DNA of 64,000 nt. Source: Longimicrobiales bacterium. Lineage in GTDB: Bacteria > Gemmatimonadota > Gemmatimonadetes > Longimicrobiales > Gaopeijiaceae. The notes beneath the pieces are model-generated. The model was not told the DNA's origin. It saw only the letters and a list, made by a program, of their open reading frames with translations, and did no database searches. This document shows positions 20,715 through 31,178 of this stretch, piece by piece. How positions within the stretch are numbered: position 1 is the first letter of the stretch; each line of letters begins with the position of its first letter. The stretch lies in NCBI GenBank assembly GCA_965198065.1, contig CBDAON010000004.1, positions 1,376,001 to 1,440,000 of the forward strand, in the 5' to 3' direction. The translations under genes and the position numbers were made by a program.

Positions 20715-20975
20715 TCAACACCGATCCCTCTCGGAGGGTGCAACGGCAATCACCGCGCGGTCGCGGTGGCGGAGTAGGTATTCTCCAGGGCCTGGAACGC
20801 GAGGAGTTGCGGATTGTCGTGCCTGAAGAGGACGAGGCAATCGCTCGTAACGACTATGAAGAGGGCGCCGGTCGTCACGGGCCGTCATGAGCGAGGCAGT
20901 GAACGCAGCAACCATCCAGTGGTGGCGCACGGTGGCGACGACGTAGCGGTCCAGCAGGGAAAGAGTCGTCGCTTC
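20715..20975 (-). pseudogene. Truncated N-terminus of a second MMPL/RND transporter directly downstream of the oxygenase
   Basis: LLDRYVVATVRHHWMV...LFRHDNPQLLAFQALENTYS..IAVAP aligns with RLDRYVAAVLCYRWPV...LFSEDNPQLLAFDALENTYA..IAVAP of the 24859-27177 gene. Shared DNA includes agttgcggattgtc and tagcggtccagc. Confidence 0.8.
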
Positions 20976-21012
20976 GACTATCTCGGATCGGGAGCGAGGA
21001 GCTAGTCGATCG

Positions 21013-22209
21013 TCACCACGGGTTTGATTGCGACGTGTGGACGTGGTCGGGCATCTTGTAGCTCAGCCCCTCACCGTCGAACACCGATATCTGGAGAAGC
21101 TGGGTGAAATTATCCGATCTGACCATCTTGTTGGTCCGCAACAATCGCAGAAAGCGCTGCTGCATCCGGTACTTGAACAGGGTCGCGAATTTGGGGTCCC
21201 GTGGAAAGTCGAAGCTGTCGGCGAGCTCGGTGCCGATGAGGCCGCGCGACAGACGGTAGGCCAAGCCCACCAATCTCTCCCGTTCAGCCGGGTCCTGTAT
21301 GCCCGCAACCTTTGGAATGGACTGGATCAACAAGTTGGCGACGGCTACGGAATCGGCATCCGCGGGCGGCTCGCACAGGTAGCCGATCTTGTACATCTTT
21401 TCCGCTTCCTCGGCGTTCGTATAGAGGATGGTTTCTGGTATCCCCATGAGGTAGCCGGCGTAGCGCCAGACGGCGAGAACGCTCTTCCTTTCATCCTTGC
21501 TGAATTTGGCGCCCAGCAACATCGAGTACTCCAGCAGCCGCTTCGAAAAGACGGAGATTGCGAAACCCAGGTGCGCCGCGCTCAACGGCGTCCCCCAGGC
21601 TTCGTGATTCCATTCATCCGACTTCGCCAGCAGGCCCCGTATACGGGTATGAACGAACCGAATGCGCGTGGACAGCTTCCACCCCTCGCTGCTTCTCTGC
21701 AGGCCGGCAGGAAAGAAGATCTCCAGCATGTGGCGGTTGTTCTGCTGGAGACGCCTTCTGGTGCTCGCCACTCGCCCGGTAATGCTGAAGGACTTGGCGA
21801 TGAGAGTTGAAAAGCCTTCCACCAGCACTCCCGTGACGAACGCGGCGAGCATCAGGTCCACGTTTTCGTGGAAGGCACGGACCCCGGGACGAAAACCTTC
21901 GTAGTAGAGCCACGGAGGCTCCCGGAAGTTCTTGAAGAAATCACGCACGGCACGCGGCGCGAGACGCAGAGCTTCCTCGTTCTGCTCTATGCCGGCCCCG
22001 ATGAACCGGTGCAGGTCGCCTGGAGACAACTCCGCCGAGAGCTCCTCCATGAGCGGGTCGAGCTCGGGGTCACCGATGGTGACGTGCTTGAGGTAGTTAT
22101 CGGCCAAGGCCTGATCGTAGAGACGGGCCTTTTCGTAGCCTTCGACGTACGCGGTGGGCATCTTTGGCGTGACGTTGCCGGTGACCGATGAGGAAACAAC
22201 AGGATTCAC
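21013..22209 (-). CDS. MpaB/DUF2236 (Lcp-like) heme oxygenase family protein
   Basis: IGDPELD, EPPWL, TG..RRL..N, GWKLSTRIRFVHTRIR, W..EAWGTPLS, WRYAGYLMGIPE pattern. Confidence 0.8.
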   Translation of the reverse strand: MNPVVSSSVTGNVTPKMPTAYVEGYEKARLYDQALADNYLKHVTIGDPELDPLMEELSAELSPGDLHRFIGAGIEQNEEALRLAPRAVRDFFKNFREPPWLYYEGFRPGVRAFHENVDLMLAAFVTGVLVEGFSTLIAKSFSITGRVASTRRRLQQNNRHMLEIFFPAGLQRSSEGWKLSTRIRFVHTRIRGLLAKSDEWNHEAWGTPLSAAHLGFAISVFSKRLLEYSMLLGAKFSKDERKSVLAVWRYAGYLMGIPETILYTNAEEAEKMYKIGYLCEPPADADSVAVANLLIQSIPKVAGIQDPAERERLVGLAYRLSRGLIGTELADSFDFPRDPKFATLFKYRMQQRFLRLLRTNKMVRSDNFTQLLQISVFDGEGLSYKMPDHVHTSQSNPW

Positions 22210-22598
22210 GAGGAACCCTCCTGTGGCAACCTAGTTGCGACGATGGACCCCACGCCTGAAGCCCAGATGCTAAAGGACGGGGGCACGGGCAACTGATGTC
22301 AAGGGGCTGCCCGCGGCAGACTAAAAATCATAGGTTAGGCCAGTATGGTTCCCACTGTCAAGCCTATAACCAGTCGTTGCGTAATCTCGTACAGCATATG
22401 AGCGGACACATCGCGGCTACGGACTCCGCGGCCAGACGCCAGCTGCGACGGCCAGCGGATCCAGAGGGTTCCGTAGCCCAGTATGGCACTAGCCCTCCTA
22501 ATCTTGACACAGGTGAGCCATCGGGGCATCCTCTGCCGTGAGGCTGGGGGCTAACTGCCGCCTGGGCCGAGTTGCCTAGTACTGTCAAGGAGGGAGCC

Positions 22599-23426
22599 AT
22601 GGCGCCCACATACATCGACGCACGACCGATGCTCCTGCTCTGCGGAATGTCTCTTGTCCTCGCAGTAGGGGTCGGCACGCCGGCTCCGGTCCGTGCCCAG
22701 AATCAGACACCTGAGGAAATCGGGCTGCAGATCGCGCAGGGCGCGCGCGTGCGCGAGGAAGGATTCGGCAACTTTGCGGCGCAGCAGGTGATGGTGTTGC
22801 GGAACAGGCAGGGGCAGGAGAGCCGGCGTCGGCTCCGGGTGCAGGTTCTTGAAGTGCCGGACGGGGGCAATAGGAGCCTCTTCGTATTCGATGAGCCGCG
22901 GGACGTACAGGGAACGGCGTTTCTGGTGCATGCCCAGCGTGAAGGCGCGGACGATCAGTGGCTCTACCTTCCCGCATTGAGGCGCGTCAAACGTATCAGC
23001 TCGGCGAACCAATCCGGCTCCTTCATGGGCAGCGAGTTTGCCTACGAAGACCTGACCCCGCAGGAAGTGGAGAGGTTCACGTACCGCCATCTGCGCGACG
23101 AGCCCTGCGGCGACCTGACCTGCACGGTCACGGAGCGCACACCTATGGACACCGGGTCAAGCTACCGACGCCAGGTGGTTTGGCGCGACACGGACGAGCT
23201 TCGCGTCTGGAAGATGGAATACTACGACCGCAAGGATGACCACCTGAAGACGCTCACCATGCGCGACTACACGCAGTACCTGGGTCGCTACTGGCGGGCC
23301 AGCGAAATGGAAATGGTGAATCACCTGACCGGCAAAAGCACACTATTGACCTGGACAGATTATGAGTTCCAGGCGGATCTCGACGACAGCGATTTCACAC
23401 AGACGGGACTGAGACGAGCGAGGTGA
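22599..23426 (+). CDS. LolA-like outer-membrane lipoprotein-sorting protein
   Basis: F.EPRDVQGTAFL, DDQWLYLPALRRVKRISS, SFMGSEFAYEDL, EYYDRK..LKTL, M.NHLTGKST; GGAGG RBS. Confidence 0.9.
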   Translation: MAPTYIDARPMLLLCGMSLVLAVGVGTPAPVRAQNQTPEEIGLQIAQGARVREEGFGNFAAQQVMVLRNRQGQESRRRLRVQVLEVPDGGNRSLFVFDEPRDVQGTAFLVHAQREGADDQWLYLPALRRVKRISSANQSGSFMGSEFAYEDLTPQEVERFTYRHLRDEPCGDLTCTVTERTPMDTGSSYRRQVVWRDTDELRVWKMEYYDRKDDHLKTLTMRDYTQYLGRYWRASEMEMVNHLTGKSTLLTWTDYEFQADLDDSDFTQTGLRRAR

Positions 23427-24736
23427 CGCACGTCCAAGAGGCTCTCTCCGGGAGTCTCCCGGCCAGCGCCGCCTGGGCTCTGGCTTCCTTGTTCGCCGTG
23501 TTTGTCGTCCACGCCCATGCCGCCGCCGGCCTGCAGGCCCAAGAAGCCGATGCGCCGCCGATCGAGTACGAGATCTCGGGGCGCGTGAGCGCTGAAGGCC
23601 GTTGGTTCCCCCAGGAGGGGGCCTTCGATGGCCAGAAGTCACTCGCCGCGGGCTTTGTCACGGCGCTGAGGCTCGATTTAGAGAACGTCGTTGGCCAGAG
23701 TGTCGCGGTCGCCCCTTTCTTCCGCTACGACCACTCCGATCCACACCGAACGCACTTCGATCTGCACGAAGCGTATCTGCTGATGTTCGGCGACGTCGGT
23801 GCAAGCGGCTGGGAGCTGCGCATCGGTGCCGACCAGGTGTTCTGGGGCGTCACCGAATCGCAGCGTCTGGTCGACATCGTCAACCAAATCGACTTCGTCG
23901 AGCATCCGACCGGAGAAGCCAAGCTGGGGCAACCGATGGTGCACGCCACGTGGTTCGGCGACTGGGGCGCGTTCGAAGTATTCGGGATGCCATATCACCG
24001 CGCGCGGACGTTTCAAGGGCGTGAGGGCCGGCTGCGACTGCAGTTTGTCGTGGATGAGGAACGTATCGAGTACGAGAGAGGGGCCGGGCCGTGGCACCTG
24101 GATCTGGCCGCTCGCTACAGCCATAGCCTTGGGTTGCTCGATCTGGGTCTGAGCGTATTTGACGGCCTGAGTCGGGAGCCCTTTCTGGTGCCGGTGGGAA
24201 ATCCGGACGGAGTACTAGCCCTGCTCCAGCACTACGAGCAGATCCGCCAGTTCGGGCTCGACGCCCAGGTGACGTTTGGCTCCTGGATGCTGAAGCTGGA
24301 GGCAATTCAGCGTGCCGGTGCTCGAAATCTCTCCGGTGTACAGGAAGACTATTTCGCTGCCGTCGTGGGTGGCGAGTACGCGTTCTATTCGGTCTCCGGC
24401 TCCGCGGCCGATCTGAGCCTGCTCGGCGAATGGAACTACGACGGGCGGGGCCATAGCGCGACGCCGAGCCGTTCGCCCGACACGCTCGAAAACGATCTCT
24501 TCTTTGCCGCGCGCCTCGCACTCAACGATGTCCACAGCACCGCGATTACTGCCGGCTTTTTCACGGACGTGAGCCGGGCCACCCGTACGCTAGCGCTCGA
24601 ATTTGATCGGCGTCTTCTCGGCGAGTGGTCCCTGCGTGCGGAGGTCGTCACACTCCTTAGCGTCGACCCGGCGGATCTCCACTACCTGATGCGAAACGAC
24701 AGTTTCCTCGACCTTAGCCTTACCTACAACTTCTAG
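23423..24736 (+). CDS. Outer-membrane beta-barrel protein partnered with the LolA-like/RND proteins
   Basis: Overlaps the upstream stop (GTGA); DLHEAY, VFWGVTES.RLVDIVNQ, QIRQFGLDAQ; ends LTYNF. Confidence 0.75.
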   Translation: MTHVQEALSGSLPASAAWALASLFAVFVVHAHAAAGLQAQEADAPPIEYEISGRVSAEGRWFPQEGAFDGQKSLAAGFVTALRLDLENVVGQSVAVAPFFRYDHSDPHRTHFDLHEAYLLMFGDVGASGWELRIGADQVFWGVTESQRLVDIVNQIDFVEHPTGEAKLGQPMVHATWFGDWGAFEVFGMPYHRARTFQGREGRLRLQFVVDEERIEYERGAGPWHLDLAARYSHSLGLLDLGLSVFDGLSREPFLVPVGNPDGVLALLQHYEQIRQFGLDAQVTFGSWMLKLEAIQRAGARNLSGVQEDYFAAVVGGEYAFYSVSGSAADLSLLGEWNYDGRGHSATPSRSPDTLENDLFFAARLALNDVHSTAITAGFFTDVSRATRTLALEFDRRLLGEWSLRAEVVTLLSVDPADLHYLMRNDSFLDLSLTYNF

Positions 24737-24858
24737 AGAAGCCGGGGTGAAGGTCAAACAGGACGCCCGGGACGCTGCAATCGTGGCTGAAGCCTTGTAG
24801 GTCCCCGACCCCGGCAGGGTTGCCTACATCACCTAGACGACGGGAGCCAGGAAGTCCT

Positions 24859-27177
24859 TCATGGCTCCCGTCGATCGAAGGTGAGCAAGAGCGTAGGCAG
24901 CAGCAAGAAGTCGGTGGCTAGCGCCAGGATGATCGTCATTGCCACCAGAGTTCCGAGCGCCCAGCTCACCTCGAACCCAGACGAGGCGAACACCAAAAAA
25001 CCGGCCGAAATGACGGCGGTCGTCGTAAACAATGCATGCCCCACAGTTCGGAAGGCGAAGCGCACGGCCTCCGGCGGGGGAAGCCCTTCGCGCCGCCCCT
25101 TGGTGTACTTGCTCAAGAAATGGACGGTGTCGTCCACGACGATGCCGAAGACGACGGCGATGACCACCGAGGACGCAATACCCACATGGCCCACAAGATA
25201 ACCCCATAGCCCGAAACTCATGATGGCCGGTATGAAATTCGGAAGGAGGCTGATCAGGCCAGTCCAAACGCTTCTGAATATGAAGATCAGGATGAACGAA
25301 ATGAGCGCCATAGCGGCAATCGTGCCGCTGAGCATGCTGTTGATATTGCGCTGTGACAAGTGAGCGAACATGACGCTGATGCCCGAGGCCTCATTCGCTA
25401 ATTCCGGCGCGTTGGCTTGCAGCCAGTCCTGGGCGCGCGCGTCGAGCTCCCGTACCTCCCGAGACCATGCGTTGCCCATGGCGACGACCATACGCGTGGC
25501 CGACTTGCCGACATCGATGCGATCATTGAGATCACTTCCGAATGGCATGGACAGCTCATAGAGCAGCAGGTACTGCGCCGCCAGATCTCCGCTCTCGGGC
25601 AGGCGGTAGAATGCCGGATCGTCACCGTTCATGTTCCTGTTGAGGCGCTTCATGATGTCCGTGAACGACTGGACAAACGACACCTCAGGCTGTTCTCGGT
25701 ACCATTCCGCGAATGCATCGACCTGCCGAAGATACTCGGGATCCGTAATACCGCCTTCCTCTCCCGCGTCCAGCGAATATTCCAGCCTGTCGAGTCCTGT
25801 CAGATTTGCGGCGATGAAATCCGAATCGCGCCGAAACTGATACCGGTCGTCGAAGTACTGCGTCATGTTGTCGCTAAGTTCGATGCGCGCGACGCCGGTC
25901 GCCAGAACGACCACTGCCAGTGTTGTGGACCCAAGCAGAAGCGTGCGCCGGGCCACGACGATATCGGCTAAACGATCGAAGAAGCGTTCGAAGAGCACCG
26001 GCTCGCCGGCCGGAACGCGCGCGGAGCGCAGCGGCAGGCAAGCGAGCAACGCGGGCAGAAACGTCATCGTGTATGCAAGGGCGCAGAGCACCCCAAACGC
26101 CACGTAATTTCCTAGGACATGGAATGGCGGTGAGTCGGAGGCATTGAGGCTGAGGAATCCAATCGCGGTCGTAACGGAGGTAATGAAGATCGGGTAGGTA
26201 TTGATCTTGAACGACTCGATAATCGCAGTGAATTTGTCCAGTCCGCGCCGCATCCCCAGTAAGACAGTCGAGATGACGTGGATCGAATCCGCAACCGCTA
26301 TAACCATGACGATGATTGGCACGCCGACGTTGGTAGGGCTGAACACCACGCCCCGCCATCCGGCAAACCCCATGGTCGTGCTGACAACGAATAGGAGTAT
26401 GGCGACGACCGCCAACGTGGCGAACGCCGAGCGCAGCAGGAGAACCGTGGCGACGACGATGACGAGGAACACGATCGGCGTCAACGTCCGAATATCGTCG
26501 CGCGTAGCGTCCGAAAACGTTCGGTTCATCACGACGTCGCCGGTCGTGAAGTAGTCGATTTCGGGGTGGCTTGCGCGGGCTTCGTCCACGACCGCATTCA
26601 GATAGTCGGTGATTTCGGTCACCGCCTGATCGGGATTCTCGGGGAGGACGAAGTTGATCGCGACGCCTGCCACGCGCCCGTCGTAGGAGATCAGACGGCC
26701 GGCAATATCTATGGCGTTCCGCGCAATCGTCTCAATCCGAGCGAGGTCGGCATCACTCAGGCCGTCGGCATCTTCGACGAGCGGGGCGACGATAAGGTCG
26801 TCCTCACCGAAAGCCTCGCTGTGGCTGTAGTTGGTGAGCGAGTTGACACGGCTGGAGTACGGCGCCTGCCAAGCTGCGTCGGTTAGCTCCACGATCGCGC
26901 CGAGCGCCTCGCGCGTGAACACGGTGCCCTCCCTTGGTGCCACGGCGATCAGGGCGCGGTTGGAGACGGCGTAGGTGTTCTCTAGGGCGTCGAAAGCGAG
27001 AAGTTGCGGATTGTCCTCACTAAACAGAATCCGATAGTCATTCGTGATGGTAATGGAGGCAACACCGGCAGTCGCCGCCAACATGAGAGCCGTAGTAAGC
27101 GCCACAACCGGCCAGCGGTAGCAGAGCACGGCGGCGACATAGCGGTCCAGCCGCGAAGAGTTCATCGCCTCGGACAT
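24859..27177 (-). CDS. MMPL/RND-family transporter
   Basis: Two repeated halves with IAVADSIH / GIVVDDTVHF, TSVTTAIGFLSL, LPALL / LLPTLL. Confidence 0.93.
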   Translation of the reverse strand: MSEAMNSSRLDRYVAAVLCYRWPVVALTTALMLAATAGVASITITNDYRILFSEDNPQLLAFDALENTYAVSNRALIAVAPREGTVFTREALGAIVELTDAAWQAPYSSRVNSLTNYSHSEAFGEDDLIVAPLVEDADGLSDADLARIETIARNAIDIAGRLISYDGRVAGVAINFVLPENPDQAVTEITDYLNAVVDEARASHPEIDYFTTGDVVMNRTFSDATRDDIRTLTPIVFLVIVVATVLLLRSAFATLAVVAILLFVVSTTMGFAGWRGVVFSPTNVGVPIIVMVIAVADSIHVISTVLLGMRRGLDKFTAIIESFKINTYPIFITSVTTAIGFLSLNASDSPPFHVLGNYVAFGVLCALAYTMTFLPALLACLPLRSARVPAGEPVLFERFFDRLADIVVARRTLLLGSTTLAVVVLATGVARIELSDNMTQYFDDRYQFRRDSDFIAANLTGLDRLEYSLDAGEEGGITDPEYLRQVDAFAEWYREQPEVSFVQSFTDIMKRLNRNMNGDDPAFYRLPESGDLAAQYLLLYELSMPFGSDLNDRIDVGKSATRMVVAMGNAWSREVRELDARAQDWLQANAPELANEASGISVMFAHLSQRNINSMLSGTIAAMALISFILIFIFRSVWTGLISLLPNFIPAIMSFGLWGYLVGHVGIASSVVIAVVFGIVVDDTVHFLSKYTKGRREGLPPPEAVRFAFRTVGHALFTTTAVISAGFLVFASSGFEVSWALGTLVAMTIILALATDFLLLPTLLLTFDRREP

Positions 27178-27349
27178 ATTGGCATGGCCCAAGCATCAGT
27201 CGCGCGGAAGCCGATTGTCAAGGGCGACTCCTGACGATTCCACACATGGGTTGTTTCGCGCCTTTCTTTCGGATACTTCGCACAGCAGATTTGATCTCGG
27301 GCATGCACTTCTGCACGAGCTCTCTTTCGCCCCGCGGTATTTCGGGTCC

Positions 27350-27600
27350 TTATGTCGCATTCCTTCTGGGTGTCCGTTGATATGCCCCTGAACCAGGCTG
27401 CGGATGTTCTGGTAGTCGGGATTGGAGCTGTGGACTATCCTGATACCATGTCGCTAGTCCCTCCTCAAGATATGTGGCGTACTTCTCCATGATAGGATCT
27501 AGCAGATGGACGCACTCATGCGCGAGGTCCCATCCTGCTCGGCTATGGTCAGACCACTTGCTAACCCACACATCTACCTTACAGCCGTCCCTATCAAAAC
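27350..27600 (-). pseudogene. Fragment of a HEXXH metallopeptidase-like gene, AT-richer than its flanks
   Basis: WDLAHECVHLLDP...TYLEEGLATWYQ (HEXXH plus downstream E). No clear start, frame breaks afterwards. Confidence 0.5.
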
Positions 27601-27918
27601 CGTCAGGAGTCGTCCTGTTCGGAGCGACGCTCGAAGCCCTTGATCCGTTGCCGCGGCAGGCACGGCACGCCGCTCGGCGACCGCCCCGCGCCCCGGCATG
27701 TGAAACCTGTCACTTCCGTGTGAGCGACGCCAAGTCGGCCGTGCCCGGGCCGACGTCCCGATCGAGCTCTAAGACCCTTGACGGGAACCTCTAGCGAGCG
27801 CTGTGCGGAGGGTGTCTGCCATGCCACTGGCGAAGCCATCCAGCCGCACGCTCTTGTTACTGGATATCTCTAGACACTACAATCATTTAGGAGATTTCCT
27901 ATGAGTTGACTTCCTTGC

Positions 27919-28833
27919 ATGCGGGTCTTCACCGTTGTGGCCATGGAGACGCGGAAGCAGCAGTTCAACTCGGCGGTGAGCGATGCGATCGTCCACCTCC
28001 AGGGACGCGAACAGGCGCTCGCGCCATTCGGCTGGACGGGAGAAAAGGCCGGGTGGATCGCGTTCGTCTGCCTCCACAGCGGCGCGTTCACCCACGCCCA
28101 GTGCGCGCGGTTCCTTGAAGCGCACCCCGAACAGGTGCGGCGCGTCGTCCACGCTCTGATTGCCCAGGGTCTGGCCGCCGAGGAGACCGTGCCCGGCATC
28201 CGAGGGATCGGCCGCGTGTGCCGCATCTTCTCCCGGCGGATCTACCGGGCGCTCGGAGCCGAGCACATCCGCCACCGCCGCGACGCCTCTCCAGAGGTGC
28301 TGATGCGGCGCCTGCTCTCGCTCGACTACGTGATCGAGCATCCCGGCTTGCAGTGGCTTGCCACCGAAGCCGAGAAGGTCGCCGCGCTCGAGGCCCTCGG
28401 CATCGAACGCGGGCTGCTGCCCGTCAGGCTGTACTGGGCAGCCGCCGGCACCACCCGGCGCTACTTCCCCGTCAATCTACCCATCGCGCTGGACGCCGAG
28501 CGCGCCGTCTTCGTCTACGTCGATCCGTCGAGGTTGTCGCGGTCGGTCGCACTTCGAGAGAGCTTGAGCGGGCGCGCCGAGTCATGCGCCACTGGGCCGA
28601 GCCCTCCGGCCCAGCCGAACTCGACCCCCAGGCTCGCAAGGAACTCGCCCGGATCGAGGAGGCCATTCTCTCGGGCGCGGTTCCGATCCTCGAGGAGTAC
28701 GGCGGTCTGCAGGCCGCCATGAAGCGCAGCGTGGCGCTGGAGAAGCAGGTCCGACGGCAGGCCGGTCGCGCGTCGATCCGCCGCGGTGCAGCACATGGCG
28801 GACCGCGCGCCTCGCCGGGGCTCGCTACCGATG
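27919..28833 (+). pseudogene. Uncharacterised mobile-element protein (possible replication/relaxase-type), internally deleted and frameshifted
   Basis: FGWTG..A.WIAFVCLHSGAF, CRIFSRRIYRALGAEHIRHRR, RRLLSLDYVIEHP, RRYFP..LPIA. Frame switch near 28525, continues VEVVAVGR...; followed by the conserved non-coding element. Function is a guess. Confidence 0.5.
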
Positions 28834-28868
28834 AGCGGCGCGCGACTTACGGCCGCACTGGAGTGCGC

Positions 28869-29099
28869 AAACGACGCGGGGGTACGATTCACACTTTGGC
28901 CCTCCAGCTATTCACACGGAGCTTCCCGCGTATCCGCTGGCGCGGCAGTGTCTTACGCGTCCGGGGACCAGGCCGTCCGGCGCCGCGCGGGCGGCACCGG
29001 TCGTGGCGGTAGCCCCCCCAGTCCGAGGGCCTGGTACGGGCTCGGGGCGAGGTGTGGATTCACACCCCGCCCCCGCCCGCCAAGGGGTCGCTACCGGCC
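28869..29099 (+). repeat. ~230-bp non-coding element, copy A (imperfect inverted repeat of 32020-32251)
   Basis: Shared blocks aaacgacgc, cgattcacactttg, attcacacgg, tatccgctggcgcgg, cttacgc, gggcggcaccg, cgtggcgg and ggggtcgctNccggcc. Confidence 0.85.
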
Positions 29100-29809
29100 A
29101 ATTATCCCTGCGCGGGAAGGCGGTTTCAGCGCCGCTTCGAGGCGGCGGAGCACTTGGTCATCGACGGCCCGTCGGTCCGGCTGCTCGGCATCGCCGTGAA
29201 AGACCAAGACCCCGATGACCGTGGGCCGCAGCCGCGCCTGCAAGGATCGGGACGCGCCTGTCACGTCCCTCGCGGCCGCCTTCCTGCAAAGGACCGATGG
29301 ACCCGTAGCGACCCGCCGGGGAGGTCGGCATGGATGTCTCATGCCGAATCTACCCGGTGCCGCGCCAGGCATCGAAAGAGGTGGGTCGCTACGGTCACGG
29401 CCGCAAGCTCTGGCGCGCCACGGCTGCTCCGATGGCCATGGCGCAACCGAAACGCAGCCAGCGACATGCGGAATCGTGGGCGTGTCCACTGGAAGGGCGA
29501 TTCCGTGTCCCCCCACCCCCGATGTCGGATGGGCACCTCTGGCACGGCCCCGGACCCGGCCGAATCCGTGTTCAAGATCCGTTTCGGGGAGCCGCTCGCA
29601 ACGCCATGCTTGCCAATGCCATCGACGGTGACTCGGGGCGTGAGAACCGGAACGCTTTCCCCAACACGGGCGACCGCGAGGGATCAACAGATCGCCTGCA
29701 CGGACCTGCCATCGAAGGCACAAGCACCAGCCGAGGCCGCGACTGGTTCTCGCGCCACTCGATCTGGAACAGGCCGGGCGGAGAACCCCCGTCCGCGCGA
29801 ACTTTTCTT

Positions 29810-30880
29810 TCGCGCAGATCGTGCAGTCCATCACGGTCGCAGGCTCACAAGGTCGCTGAAGCACCGCGACTGGAGACGGGCGAAGCGGCAGGCGGACGAG
29901 TTCGCCGCTGGCTTCGCCGGGCCGGAGATCGAGGGCAAGGCGGAAGCCGAGTCCGAGCCGCTCACCCTGGAGACGCTTTTTGACATCTAGGTGAAGAGGT
30001 GACGCCGACCAAGGTGGAGCGGGTCCGGCACCGGGACAGGACCGCGACGAGGATGTTTCTCGACTTCCTCGGCCGGGACCGAAGACCGGAAACGCTCTCT
30101 CAGCGCGACTGGGACCGCTTCATCCGGGAGCGGCGGTCGGGCAGGGTCGGACCGAGCGGCAAGCCGGTGTCCAACCGGACCATCGAATGCGACTTGAAGT
30201 TCCTGCTCGCGGTCCTCAACTGGGCCGTCAAGTCCAAGGACGAGCAAGGCCGCCCGCTCTTGGCAGCGAATCCCTTGAGAGGCCTGAAGACACCCAAGGA
30301 GAAGAACCCAACCCGGGTCGTCCTTTCCGACGAGGAATACCGGGCACTACTCCAAGTGTCCCGACGAGTCGACTGGCGGTTCCAGGTCGCGCTTGTGCTC
30401 GCGCACGAGACGGGGCACCGCATCGGCGCCATCCGCCAGCTTCGGTGGTCCGACATCGACTTCGAAGAAAGAGTGGTGCTGTGGCGCGCCGAGCACGAGA
30501 AGACCGGGTTCGAACACCGGACGCCGGTGACCGCCGAGGCGGTCGCCGTGTTGGAAGAGGCACGGCAAATCAACCCCGGGAACGGGGACGCGCCGGTCCT
30601 GCCCGCGCCTTGGGATCCCTCGACGAGCTTCAGCCGCGCGCGGGCCTATGTCTGGTGGAACAGGGCCGAGCGGCTCGCGGGACTGAAGCGCATGCGAGGA
30701 AGAGGCTGGCACTCGCTCAGGCGGAAGTTTGCTTCCGATCTCATGGACCTGCCGCTTCAAGGTGCTCTGCGAACTCGGCGGCTGGAAGGAGGCCCAGACC
30801 GTGCTCCGGTGCTACCAGCAGGCCGACGAGGTACAACTCAGGAAGGCTCTGGAGAGCCGGCGCAAGGTTCGCGCGCCTGA
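29810..30880 (+). pseudogene. Phage-integrase-family tyrosine recombinase, inactivated
   Basis: TRSLKHRDWRRAK..LTLETLFDI* (TAG 29988), LAHETGHRIGAIRQLRWSDID, HEKTG, GWHSLRRKFAS, frameshift ~30757 before LGGWK...CYQQ. Confidence 0.85.
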
Positions 30881-31178
30881 TCCAATCGGCGGGAGTCAAA
30901 CAGCGGGAATCCGCCCGCAGAATCCCGTAAGCTAAACGGTCACAATAAGATGTGAATCTGCGAGCGTCTGTTGCGTGGGCTGGCTTACGTACGTTACGTG
31001 CCTCCCGTGTACCGGACAAACTCGTCCACCGACGCTTGGAGCCGTGGGCCGTCAAGATCTCCATACCCGCACATTGAGGAGGCTGCTTTTTGCCGTGTCA
31101 ACAAGGGGAAATCAGCGGCCGATTCGCGTCGCCAGCCGCCTCATTCCGCCACGCCGAGTTGAGGGATGATCGACGAAA

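Noticed and set aside
29100..29810. ORFs 29052-29990, 29091-29864 and 29330-29983 as genes
   Set aside because: Only the last ~60 codons of 29052-29990 resemble the integrase N-terminus; the rest looks like mosaic non-coding DNA.
30880..31170. attL/attR or tRNA remnant after the integrase
   Set aside because: No tRNA 3' end or matching direct repeat found within the window.
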